Assembly: GCA_963666485.2 (NCBI GenBank)
Contig: CAXXUO010000001.1
Coordinates: forward strand, 1,184,001 to 1,248,000
DNA from: Syntrophorhabdaceae bacterium
GTDB lineage: Bacteria; Desulfobacterota; Syntrophorhabdia; Syntrophorhabdales; Syntrophorhabdaceae
DNA: 64,000 nt
Direction of reading: 5' to 3'
Part shown: one piece after another, positions 26,951-36,070 of the stretch
Layout of the letters: each line of letters opens with the position of its first letter
Numbering within the stretch: position 1 is the stretch's first letter
Made by a program: the position numbers and the translations under genes
The notes under the pieces: generated by a model
Database searches by the model: none
What the model was told of the DNA's origin: nothing
What the model saw: the letters and a program-made list of their open reading frames with translations, nothing else

Positions 26951-29778
26951 TTCCTTTTCAGGACTTCCTGGACCTTTGCCGACAGTTCATTTATTGAAAA
27001 TGGTTTCTGGAGAAAGGCGTTGCACCCTTTCTCCATTATCTGCGCCGCCTGCCCATCGATGCTGTAGCCGCTCGACAGGATCACCTTTATATCGGGCCTG
27101 ATCCTCTTCAAGAGCTCGTAAGTTTCACCACCGCTCATTCCCGGCATGATCATGTCAAGGATAACGAGGTCGATCGAATCCTTCAACCCGCTGAACAGTT
27201 CGATCGCCTTGATGCCGCTCTCCGCGATATGGACCGCATATCCGAGCGCCTTGAGCATCTCGCATGCTGTTTGAGCGACGGCAGGCTGGTCTTCTACAAT
27301 GAGAATGGTCCCACTGCCGGGTTCAGCATGGGGCAGCTGCGGTTCATCTCCCAAAGGCGTATTTTGGGATGCCGGCAGAAAGATATCGAACCGGGAACCC
27401 TTGCCCGGTGTGCTTTCCACCGTTATAGCACCCTGGTGGTTCTTGATGATGCCGTACACGGATGCAAGGCCGAGGCCCGATCCCATCCCGGATTCCTTGG
27501 TTGTGAAGAATGGGTCGAATATGCGCGTTAAGGTCTTTTCGTCCATCCCGATGCCTGTGTCGATCACCGAGATGGCAATGTATGTTCCTTCGCGGGGGAC
27601 GATGCCGGCATCATCGAATCTTTTCAGTGCGGTCTCGATGAAAAGATTCCCGCCCGCCGGCATGGCCTGCCACGCGTTGACGAACAGGTTGAGGAACACC
27701 TGCTCGATCTGGCTGCGGTCAACATCGACGATGCCGAGGTCCTTTCCGAGTTTTTTATGTACGGCTATTTCCTTTCGCGTGCGGCCGAACATGTCGATGC
27801 TCGCATTGACGATCTCATTGATATCGGCCGGTTTCACCTCGTATTTGCCGCCCCGCGCGAATCCGAGGAGCTGCCGTGTCAGGCCGGCGCCGCTCTTGAT
27901 CTGCTCCTCGATGCTTTTCAATTTTTCATAATCAGGGTCGGAGGGGTCGGTCGAAAAGAGCATGACGGACGTATAGCCCATGATCCCCATGAGGAGATTG
28001 TTGAAATCATGGGCTATCCCCCCGGCAAGGGTCCCGACGGCCTCCATCTTCTGCGCCTGGAAGAGACGCCTCTCCAGCATCTTCTTTTCCGTTATGTTGT
28101 TGCCGATGCTGAGGACCTCATGTTCCCCCGCCTCGTTCCAGATCGCCCTATTGGTCCAGGAGACCCAGATCCTTCCCCCGTTCTTCTTCATGTTCTCATT
28201 TTCGTTGTTCTTGAACCGGTCCGGATCGGCCTCGATCTCCTTGAGGAGAAGGCTGAGATCGCGCGATGTCGTGGACTCGGTCTCGGGCACGATGGTGCCG
28301 ACCACGTTCCTCCCCAGGATCTCCTCCTCGGTATAGCCGAAAAGGTGAAGTCCGAACGGGTTCATGAAGAGGATCTTTCCGGTGTTGTCAAAGCGCAGGA
28401 TGATGCTCTCGGCGTTGTCGACCAGGTCCCGGTATCGCTGCTCGCTTCTCTTGAGGGCCGCCTCATATTGCATCCTCTCCGTTATGTCGATCGTGAAACC
28501 GCCGAGCACCGGGGGCTTATCGGGCCGGTACAGGGGGAACTTGCACGTGATATACGTGCGGCCCCCGAGTTCTTCTTCGAGGGTTTTTACAGACCCCGCC
28601 TTGAGCACGTCCTCGTCGTCGGCGCGTATCTTCCGTGCAAGATCGGGAGGGAACAGTTCCTCCGATGTCCTGCCCAGTATCTCGTCGAGGGGCCTCCCGA
28701 GCATTTTCTCGAAACTCCTGCTTACGGCGATCGCACGGTTGTTCTCATCTTTGAGGAAAACGAAGATCGGGCAATGCTCGAGAAACAATGCAAAGCGCTC
28801 CTCGCTTTCCTTGAGGGCATCCGCCCGCTCCTGGCTTATCCGGATCTCTTTCTCGAGCTCTGCCGTTTTGCGACGGACAGCACGCCTCAATGCCCGGTTC
28901 CAGGTCATGAGGAAAAGTATCAGTGCCGCAATAAAGGCAACCGCCAGTGCAACCCACCGCAGATATTTGACGGGGAATTCTTTTGAACCATACCACCGCT
29001 CTTCTATCTCGTGATATTCCACCGGCGATATAGCTGCAAAGCCGTCTTCTACCGTTTTGAGGAGGGCCGTGTTCCCCTTTTGTACCGCCCTGTGGAACGA
29101 TCCCGTGTACAGGGGTTTTGAATGATTGAATTCACGGTGTATGCCTTTCTTATAAAGAAAGTAAAGGGCAGGGGGCTTGTCGACAACGAAAATGAGCGCC
29201 CTGTGCTCTTTAGCCGCGTCGATGATCGCCTCATAACTGTTATATTCGATAAGCGTGTCGATCCCGTGCCGCTTGAGATAATCTATGGCATTGTCTCCCT
29301 TCTTGACGGCAACGGCGAAACCGGCCAGCGACGCGACGTCCCTGATGCCTGAAATATTCTCGTGGAAAAAGATCGGGACATCGATGTTCTGGTAGGGTTG
29401 GGAGAAATCATAGATCATGGCCCGTTTTTCATTATGGAATAACGTGTCGATCACGTCGTATTGGCCGGCCTCCATCTTCTGCTGGGCCGATCCCCAGTCC
29501 ATGCCGGTGACCTCAGCCCTGATGCCGGTCTTTTTCTCCCACAGGGCCCATTGGTCGATCAGTATCCCCTGTAATTTTCCCGTAGAGTCGAGGAATGTGA
29601 ACGGCGGGTAATTATTGTCCATGACGATGCGTATCGACTTTGGCGATGATACGGCGGAAAAAGGTGAAAGGAAGAATATCAGGAGGAAAAGGCAGAAGAT
29701 GGGCCCGCTCCGGACGCTCCTTTCCCTGAATGTCACCCCCGGCAAGGACCTTGTCTCCACTACCGGATTATCGCACAT
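26947..29778 (-). CDS. Hybrid sensor histidine kinase (periplasmic SBP + 2 PAS + HisKA + HATPase + REC; start uncertain)
   Basis: DNNYPPF SBP; GIAHDFNN H-box; DTGIG, PFFTTK, GLGL; C-terminal DMIMPGMSG. Confidence 0.94.
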   Translation of the reverse strand: MCDNPVVETRSLPGVTFRERSVRSGPIFCLFLLIFFLSPFSAVSSPKSIRIVMDNNYPPFTFLDSTGKLQGILIDQWALWEKKTGIRAEVTGMDWGSAQQKMEAGQYDVIDTLFHNEKRAMIYDFSQPYQNIDVPIFFHENISGIRDVASLAGFAVAVKKGDNAIDYLKRHGIDTLIEYNSYEAIIDAAKEHRALIFVVDKPPALYFLYKKGIHREFNHSKPLYTGSFHRAVQKGNTALLKTVEDGFAAISPVEYHEIEERWYGSKEFPVKYLRWVALAVAFIAALILFLMTWNRALRRAVRRKTAELEKEIRISQERADALKESEERFALFLEHCPIFVFLKDENNRAIAVSRSFEKMLGRPLDEILGRTSEELFPPDLARKIRADDEDVLKAGSVKTLEEELGGRTYITCKFPLYRPDKPPVLGGFTIDITERMQYEAALKRSEQRYRDLVDNAESIILRFDNTGKILFMNPFGLHLFGYTEEEILGRNVVGTIVPETESTTSRDLSLLLKEIEADPDRFKNNENENMKKNGGRIWVSWTNRAIWNEAGEHEVLSIGNNITEKKMLERRLFQAQKMEAVGTLAGGIAHDFNNLLMGIMGYTSVMLFSTDPSDPDYEKLKSIEEQIKSGAGLTRQLLGFARGGKYEVKPADINEIVNASIDMFGRTRKEIAVHKKLGKDLGIVDVDRSQIEQVFLNLFVNAWQAMPAGGNLFIETALKRFDDAGIVPREGTYIAISVIDTGIGMDEKTLTRIFDPFFTTKESGMGSGLGLASVYGIIKNHQGAITVESTPGKGSRFDIFLPASQNTPLGDEPQLPHAEPGSGTILIVEDQPAVAQTACEMLKALGYAVHIAESGIKAIELFSGLKDSIDLVILDMIMPGMSGGETYELLKRIRPDIKVILSSGYSIDGQAAQIMEKGCNAFLQKPFSINELSAKVQEVLKRN

Positions 29779-29863
29779 GGAGAGCGTATTGTTAAATATT
29801 TCCTTGCCCGGGGTATCGCGGTCACGATAGCATAGTTCCCTGAGCACATAATACGGAGGAGAA

Positions 29864-30439
29864 ATGATAGAACGCATCGACCATGTTTCACTGGCGGTAA
29901 AAGATATTGAAAAGGCAAAACAATTTTTTTGCGGCGTCCTCGGCTTTATCCCCTGCTCATGGTCTGTCCTCGAAGATATGAAGTACCTTGGCCAGGTCTT
30001 TTCCGCAGGCGACCTGACACGGATCGAGATGATAACGCCGACCGCGGCCGGAAGCTTCCTCGATAAGTTTCTTGCCGACCGCGAAGGCGTGCATCACATA
30101 TGCCTGCAGACCCTTGATATCGTGAAGGCGAAGGAATACCTCGATGAAAAGGGGATACCCACGTTCGGTTACAGCGATAATTATGAGGACTGGAAAGAGC
30201 TCTTCATCCATCCCCGGGACGCGTTCGGCGTCCTTATCCAGATAGCGCAGTTCAGCCCCGAAGAATTCCTCGTCGAGCCCCTGAGGTTCCCGGCGGGAGT
30301 CAAATGGGAACTGGTCTCATCATCTGATGGTGTTACGTTGACGACCGCCCATCCCGGCGGCGGGAAATCAAAGCTAGAGTTAACGAAAGCTGAGGCAAAG
30401 AAGCTGGCGGAAGAGATAATGGAAAAAATCGGGCGATAG
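29864..30439 (+). CDS. VOC-family protein (methylmalonyl-CoA epimerase-like)
   Basis: IDHVSLAV; FL..REGVHHICL; FIHPRDAFGVLIQ. Confidence 0.85.
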   Translation: MIERIDHVSLAVKDIEKAKQFFCGVLGFIPCSWSVLEDMKYLGQVFSAGDLTRIEMITPTAAGSFLDKFLADREGVHHICLQTLDIVKAKEYLDEKGIPTFGYSDNYEDWKELFIHPRDAFGVLIQIAQFSPEEFLVEPLRFPAGVKWELVSSSDGVTLTTAHPGGGKSKLELTKAEAKKLAEEIMEKIGR

Positions 30440-30526
30440 GCTATGGGCAATAGGCAATGGGAAACCGCGATGAGACAGTCGTCCTTCTGTCTTTAACCTA
30501 TAGCCTATCGCCCATTGCCTATCGCC
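30433..30526. repeat. Inverted pair of degenerate heptamer arrays (GCNATRG)
   Basis: GCGATAG GCTATGG GCAATAG GCAATGG, then the complement CCTATAGCCTATCGCCCATTGCCTATCGC, overlapping both convergent stop codons. Confidence 0.75.
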
Positions 30527-30773
30527 CGCCATCTTTCAGGAAATATTTATGATACTCCGGTTCGGTGAGATGCACCTTCAGCATCCTGCTTATCAACTCG
30601 AAGAGCTCCGCGAGCTCGCCGTCGGACATGCGCTTCAATAAGACTTTCATGAGATCGTCGTCCGAGAATTTCTGGAGATAGACCTCGATCGTGTCCTCGT
30701 CCGTCTGCCGGTCCATGCCGTAACCGAGGAATCCATCATACGTTTCCACAAATGTGTGCGCGTGTTTTGCCAT
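30519..30773 (-). CDS. Small conserved-looking cytoplasmic protein
   Basis: HTFVETYDG..GYG.DR..DE...YLQKFSDD...EPEYH..FLKD; 9 bp downstream of the hydrogenase gene. Confidence 0.78.
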   Translation of the reverse strand: MAKHAHTFVETYDGFLGYGMDRQTDEDTIEVYLQKFSDDDLMKVLLKRMSDGELAELFELISRMLKVHLTEPEYHKYFLKDGGR

Positions 30774-30782
30774 ACGTTCCCC

Positions 30783-33700
30783 TTATGTGCCCTCTATTAT
30801 TTTCAGGGCGGGCAGGAGGTGGGTTTCCACGAATGTGACCGGGTCATCGGGGTCGACCTGGTTGATGACGCTCGTCCCCACGACGACGTTGGGCCCGCCG
30901 GCGCACTGGTCAGTGCAGAACCGCGCCTTTATCCTGAACCTTTCGAGGAGTCCGCGTTTCTTGAGCTCGGCGGAAAGCCCCTCGAGGAGGTGGAAGGAGC
31001 CCTTGAGGTAGCAGCTTGTCCCGAGACAGACGCCGACATCAATGGGCGCATTGTCGCGAAGCAATTCTTCGACGGACTCCTGAATGCGCATCGAACGGCG
31101 GCGGTATGTGGTATGGAGGTTATGGTGGGACAGGGTCCCGTCGGGCTTCCCGAGCCAATTGGTGTAGATTGCCTGGATGGTCGGGTTATCCTGGCTTTTC
31201 TTGATGGGTGCGATCTCGTCAAGCCGGTAGAGGACCTCGAGCCTGTCCTCCGGGTCGCTCGTGAGTTTGGGTGCCGGGTTTCCCGAGCCGTTGATGCACC
31301 CTCCCGGGCACGCCATGACCTCGATGAGGTCATACGGGGCGTCCCCGGCACGCATCCGGTCTATCAGGTCCTGGGCATTCTGGAGTCCGCTCACGACCGC
31401 GAGGCGCACCTTTGTCTCGCCCAGGCTGATCGTGGTTTCCTTGACGCCGTTCAGTCCGCGGACCTGTTCATACGTGAAGCCCTCCATCCTCTTGCCCATG
31501 ACGCGCTCGGCGGCCAGTCTCAAGGCCGCCTCGGCCACGCCGCCCGATGCTCCGAAAATGATGCCGGCGCCGCTCACCTTGCCGAAAAAAGCATCGACGG
31601 GGACGGGGTTGAAAAGCCGGGGGTCCATTCCCCGCTCTTCGAACATTCTTATCACTTCCGTCGTTGTCAGGACCGCGTCGACGTCTGCAATGCCCTCCCG
31701 GTTGAACTCGGGACGGCGCGCTTCATATTTTTTGGCATTACAGGGCATGATGGAAACGAAGAAAAGTCTCTCGGGAGGTACCTTCATCTGCCGCGCGAAA
31801 TAGTGTTTCATGACAGAACCGAACATCTGCTGGGGAGACCGGCACGAAGACAGGTGAGGAAGGATGTCGGGCGCCATTTTCTCACAATAATTGACCCATG
31901 CGGGGCAGCACGACGTGATCTGGGGAAGAACGCCCTGTTCCGCGATGCGGGTTAAGAATTCCGTACCTTCTTCCATGATGGTAAGGTCGGCCGCCCAGCA
32001 GGTATCGAACACGAAATTGAATCCGACCTCCTTGAGCCCGGCGGAGATGACCGACATGACCGTGCTCGGCTCGAGGCCGTAGTATTGGCCGAAGGTCGCA
32101 CGGACGGCCGGGGCGATCTGGGCCACGACGATGACATTGGGATCGTGCAGGGCACGATAGATCGTCGGTATGACAGGCTTGAAGGAGAGCGCCCCCGTCG
32201 GGCATGCCGTCGCGCAGTGCCCGCAGGCGACGCACACCGTCATGTCGAGCGGGCGGTGATCGTTCGGCCCTATTGTCAGCACGTTGTCCGTCTCGTAGAA
32301 AGACAGTGCGGACGACCCTTCCATCTCGCGGCAAACCTTGAGGCACAGGCCGCACAGGATGCATTTGCCGGGGTCGCGCACGATGAAGGGGTGATTATCG
32401 TCTACCGGCAGGACCCGTGCCGTGGCGGGCTTTTCGGGTTCCACCTGGTATTCGCTCGCATGGCTCCGCAAGGTGCAGCCGTACCTTTCGATGCATCCGC
32501 AGGAGAGACAGCGGGCCGCTTCCTGCATTGCGGTTTCGCCATCCCACGTCCGGGTACATTCCTCGAAGTCCGTTTTCCGTGTTTCCGTGTCGATCAGGGG
32601 GATCTCATGACGCTCCAGAGGCGCAACCGATTTGAACTCGTCCGGTGAGATCTCGTCCCATCGACCCTTCGAGCAATTATACGGTTCGATGTCGGGAACG
32701 GATTTTCCTGTCCGGAGATATTCGTCTATCTCGTAGGCGGCCTTCTTGCCTGCCCCGATCGCATTTATCGCGATATCCGGCCCGCTCACACAGTCGCCGC
32801 CGGAGAACACGCCGGATATGGATGTTTCCATGGTACCTGTCACGACGATCGTGCCGTGTTTTGTCGTCAGGTCATCGCGCGCTATGCAGTCGTTGTCGAC
32901 GATCTGGCCTATGGCGCTGATTATGGTCGAGCAGGGAAGGGCAAAGTCGGCCCTTTCGACGGGCACGGGCCGGCGCCTGCCGCTCGCATCGGGCTCGCCG
33001 AGCTCCATTTTCATGCAGACGAGAGATATTGCTCCATTTTCACGACTTATCGTTTTCGGGGCGGTGAGATACATCATCTTCACGCCTTCCTCGATCGCCT
33101 CCTCTATCTCGATATCTTCAGCCGGCATTTCGTTGCGTGTCCGGCGGTACGCGACGATAACGTTCCGGGAGCCGAGCCGGACCGCACTGCGCGCGGCGTC
33201 CATGGCGGTGTTGCCCCCTCCGAAGACGACGACGTTCTCCCCGAGGTCGGGCCTTTCATTCCGGGCACAGCGTGCGAGAAGATCGAGCCCTGTCATGACA
33301 CCCGGGGTGTCCTCGCCGGGTATGGCCATCCGGGATGATTTCTGGGCGCCTATCCCCAGGAATATCGCGTCGTAGCCCTCCCTTTTGAGAGACTGGATCG
33401 TGAAGTCCTTGCCCAGTTCCTTGCAGTACTGGATATCGATATCCAGGTTGAGAATGGCCCGTATCTCCCGTTCAAGGGTATCTTCGGGAAGCCGGTAGTA
33501 CGGGATGCCCCACCTGAGCATGCCTCCTGCGGCTTCCTGTTTTTCAAAGACGGTCACGCGGTGCCCCAGGCATTTCAGAAAATAGGCGCATGTAAGCCCG
33601 GCGGGCCCCGCACCGATCACCGCGACCCTTTTGCCCGTGTCCGGGAGGATCCTCGGTGTGTATTCCACCGCCTGGTAGCTATCGAAATCCCCGATGAACC

Positions 33701-34211
33701 TTTTCACCCCGTTGATGTTGACCGGCGAATCCACGGCATTCCTCCGGCATTCGGCTTCGCAGGGATGAGGGCAGACGCGGCCGCAGACGGACGGGAAAGG
33801 GTTGTTCTCCTTGATCACCCGCAGGGCCTCCACGAAGTTCCCGTTTGCGACGTGATAAAGGTACTTCTGGATATCGATATGGGCAGGGCAGCGCGTGACG
33901 CACGGTGCGACGCAATCGCCGTAATGGTTCCGTAAAAGGGCCTGGAGGTAGATCTTTCTGAAGCTTTCGAGGGCTTCCGACCGCGTGACGATCGTCATGC
34001 CGTCGGAGATGACGCTCCCCGTGGCCGATATTATGTGCGATCTTCCCCTGTCGAGGACCTCGACCATGGATATTTCGACATTCGTCGGGGGGCTTACCCG
34101 CGGGTCATATCCGAGGGTCGGTATATCTATCCCGTTCTCCCGCGCCGCATCGATGATCGTGCTCCCCTCGCGCGCCGTGCATATAATGTTATCTATTGTT
34201 ATCGTTGCCAT
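30783..34211 (-). CDS. Multidomain [FeFe]-hydrogenase fused to a GltD-like NAD(P)H oxidoreductase and a C-terminal thioredoxin-like [2Fe-2S] domain
   Basis: H-cluster motifs TSCCPAW, MPCNAKKYE, EVMACPGGC; GltD motifs CGRVCPHPCE, GAGPAG, GGGNTAMD, YRRT; 2[4Fe-4S]; CLGTSC...CTDQC. Confidence 0.94.
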   Translation of the reverse strand: MATITIDNIICTAREGSTIIDAARENGIDIPTLGYDPRVSPPTNVEISMVEVLDRGRSHIISATGSVISDGMTIVTRSEALESFRKIYLQALLRNHYGDCVAPCVTRCPAHIDIQKYLYHVANGNFVEALRVIKENNPFPSVCGRVCPHPCEAECRRNAVDSPVNINGVKRFIGDFDSYQAVEYTPRILPDTGKRVAVIGAGPAGLTCAYFLKCLGHRVTVFEKQEAAGGMLRWGIPYYRLPEDTLEREIRAILNLDIDIQYCKELGKDFTIQSLKREGYDAIFLGIGAQKSSRMAIPGEDTPGVMTGLDLLARCARNERPDLGENVVVFGGGNTAMDAARSAVRLGSRNVIVAYRRTRNEMPAEDIEIEEAIEEGVKMMYLTAPKTISRENGAISLVCMKMELGEPDASGRRRPVPVERADFALPCSTIISAIGQIVDNDCIARDDLTTKHGTIVVTGTMETSISGVFSGGDCVSGPDIAINAIGAGKKAAYEIDEYLRTGKSVPDIEPYNCSKGRWDEISPDEFKSVAPLERHEIPLIDTETRKTDFEECTRTWDGETAMQEAARCLSCGCIERYGCTLRSHASEYQVEPEKPATARVLPVDDNHPFIVRDPGKCILCGLCLKVCREMEGSSALSFYETDNVLTIGPNDHRPLDMTVCVACGHCATACPTGALSFKPVIPTIYRALHDPNVIVVAQIAPAVRATFGQYYGLEPSTVMSVISAGLKEVGFNFVFDTCWAADLTIMEEGTEFLTRIAEQGVLPQITSCCPAWVNYCEKMAPDILPHLSSCRSPQQMFGSVMKHYFARQMKVPPERLFFVSIMPCNAKKYEARRPEFNREGIADVDAVLTTTEVIRMFEERGMDPRLFNPVPVDAFFGKVSGAGIIFGASGGVAEAALRLAAERVMGKRMEGFTYEQVRGLNGVKETTISLGETKVRLAVVSGLQNAQDLIDRMRAGDAPYDLIEVMACPGGCINGSGNPAPKLTSDPEDRLEVLYRLDEIAPIKKSQDNPTIQAIYTNWLGKPDGTLSHHNLHTTYRRRSMRIQESVEELLRDNAPIDVGVCLGTSCYLKGSFHLLEGLSAELKKRGLLERFRIKARFCTDQCAGGPNVVVGTSVINQVDPDDPVTFVETHLLPALKIIEGT

Positions 34212-34294
34212 GCGGTCCTCCGTATGCTAAAAAGCTCAAGATTATACTGTATTCACAGTAGTTTGTAAAACGGGGCCCATGCCCGGGAGAAACG

Positions 34295-34492
34295 ATGAAA
34301 GAGATGAAATATAAGGATTATTTCGGATCGGTCAATTACAGCGACGCGGACGGGGTTTTTTACGGGAAACTGGAAGGCATACGCGATCTCGTCAGTTATG
34401 AAGGTCAGGACGTGGATTCCCTGCAAAGATCGTTCGAGCAGGTCGTGGATGATTATCTCGATTTTCTGTCCGGCAACGACCCGGATTGCTAA
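34295..34492 (+). CDS. HicB-like antitoxin (short; no hicA seen)
   Basis: MKYKDY.GSV.YS..DGVFYGKLEGIRDLVSYEG..V..L...F...VDDYL. Confidence 0.82.
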   Translation: MKEMKYKDYFGSVNYSDADGVFYGKLEGIRDLVSYEGQDVDSLQRSFEQVVDDYLDFLSGNDPDC

Positions 34493-34501
34493 GGGGTTTT
34501 C

Positions 34502-35038
34502 TCAGTACCGCGCTTCATATTTTTCAGAATGTTTCCGGTGCTCGAACCAGTTTTCGCGGTACGCCTTCGCGATCTCCTTTGACCGGATCACGAGCAGGTT
34601 TTCCGCGTTCTTGTCCTGCGCGGCCTTCGTGAAGTTGAAGGAACCGGTTATTGTCGTTGCACCGTCTATAATAATGATCTTGTTGTGTGCTATTGCATGC
34701 TGGCTGTCTATATAGGTGGGTATCCTCATGTTCGCCAGGAACGTCGCCCATGAATATTTCGCCGTGCGCTGGCTCCTGTCGAGGATGGCCTCTACTTTAA
34801 CGCCCCTTTTATGCGCATTTACCAATGCCTTTCCTATTTCAGCAGAAGTAAATGAATATGCCTGAACGAGCACCTCGGACCGCGCCGCGTTGATCTCACT
34901 TATGATCCTGTCCGTGCAGGTGCCGCCCGGGGTGAAGCACAGGTCGATGGCGGCGCTTTTATCCTGTCCGGCGCCTGTTGCCGCGACGGGAAAGACCAGG
35001 AATAGGAGGGCAATGAGCCAAAAATACTGTCTGTTCAT
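34502..35038 (-). CDS. Secreted phospholipase D-family nuclease (Nuc-like)
   Basis: Signal peptide; a single HNKIIIID motif; TGSFNFT..A..KNAEN. Confidence 0.9.
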   Translation of the reverse strand: MNRQYFWLIALLFLVFPVAATGAGQDKSAAIDLCFTPGGTCTDRIISEINAARSEVLVQAYSFTSAEIGKALVNAHKRGVKVEAILDRSQRTAKYSWATFLANMRIPTYIDSQHAIAHNKIIIIDGATTITGSFNFTKAAQDKNAENLLVIRSKEIAKAYRENWFEHRKHSEKYEARY

Positions 35039-35138
35039 ATAATGCTCATAATCCTAGTTAAAGGCGCGTCAAATGTCAATTGCACTTTCCTCTTGTAAAT
35101 GGCGCCGAATTGGAAGAAAATGAATAAAATATAAATTT

Positions 35139-35846
35139 ATGACCACACCGGACAAAAAAAGCCTGATCGTACTGCGCGACAAGCATCACGTGAGCAGGTA
35201 CCTCGATGAGATATCCCGCGATGACCTGGCCGCCCGCGTCATCATCGACGGGACGATAGTCCTCAACGACTGCGGGCTCGTTATCGGGGGATGCGGGTCG
35301 GAGATTGTCCTGGAAACAAACCTCACATCCGGGGAGTATCCCGAGACCGGCCACGCGGATGTCATATTTGCCGGGGATCTTACGATTTACAAGTTCAGCA
35401 CCACGATGCTCTCCATGGACATTACCCCGAAGAGGCGTATGCGCCTGACCCTGGCCATGCCCAAAACGATAACGAAAAAAGAACGGCGCAGGCATGTCCG
35501 GGTGAAGCCGCCCGAGGTGCATCCCGTTGCCGTGAGGGTCCTCGTCTCCAATTCGGAGACCATAGATGTCGAACCGGTCGATATTTCGCAGGGCGGAATA
35601 TCGTTCATGGTGACCGAGTACGTGACCCGCTTCAAATCCGGGGACCCGGTCGATCTCGTCATCACCATTCCCCGGGTGAAGAACCTTTCCGCGGGCGCCG
35701 TCATAAGGAACGTTATCCATCTCATCGATCTGACGAGGGTCGGTGCGGAGTTTTCGGTCCTCTCCGAAGAAGCCGCGAAGACTATCATCGAATACATCGA
35801 ACTGTGCGAGCAGCAGGTAGAAGAGGACGCATACGACGACGAATGA
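35139..35846 (+). CDS. PilZ domain (YcgR-like) c-di-GMP-binding protein
   Basis: ERRRHVR (RxxxR) and DISQGG (DxSxxG). Confidence 0.88.
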   Translation: MTTPDKKSLIVLRDKHHVSRYLDEISRDDLAARVIIDGTIVLNDCGLVIGGCGSEIVLETNLTSGEYPETGHADVIFAGDLTIYKFSTTMLSMDITPKRRMRLTLAMPKTITKKERRRHVRVKPPEVHPVAVRVLVSNSETIDVEPVDISQGGISFMVTEYVTRFKSGDPVDLVITIPRVKNLSAGAVIRNVIHLIDLTRVGAEFSVLSEEAAKTIIEYIELCEQQVEEDAYDDE

Positions 35847-36070
35847 GCGGCCTTCCCTGCCTGCGTCTTCGGGCGCCAAAGGCCGGTATCCGTGTAATCC
35901 TCCCACCCTTGAACTTGACGTAAGCACGTATCATCCATAGTTTTTCCTCAGTAAAACTGGCAATGGGCGGCAGGCGACAGGGTTGGTAAAATCCTTTCTT
36001 TCGCCTGCTGCCTGTCACGTAGATTTCCCTGGCCCGAACCGGAAAAATATAGGGGGGGTTACCCGCCGGT

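Noticed and set aside
16950..35038. Prophage or intact ICE suggested by the metallopeptidase, TrbI-like, HicB and Nuc genes
   Set aside because: These genes are scattered among metabolic genes; no integrase, relaxase, T4SS ATPase, phage structural genes or att repeats were seen.
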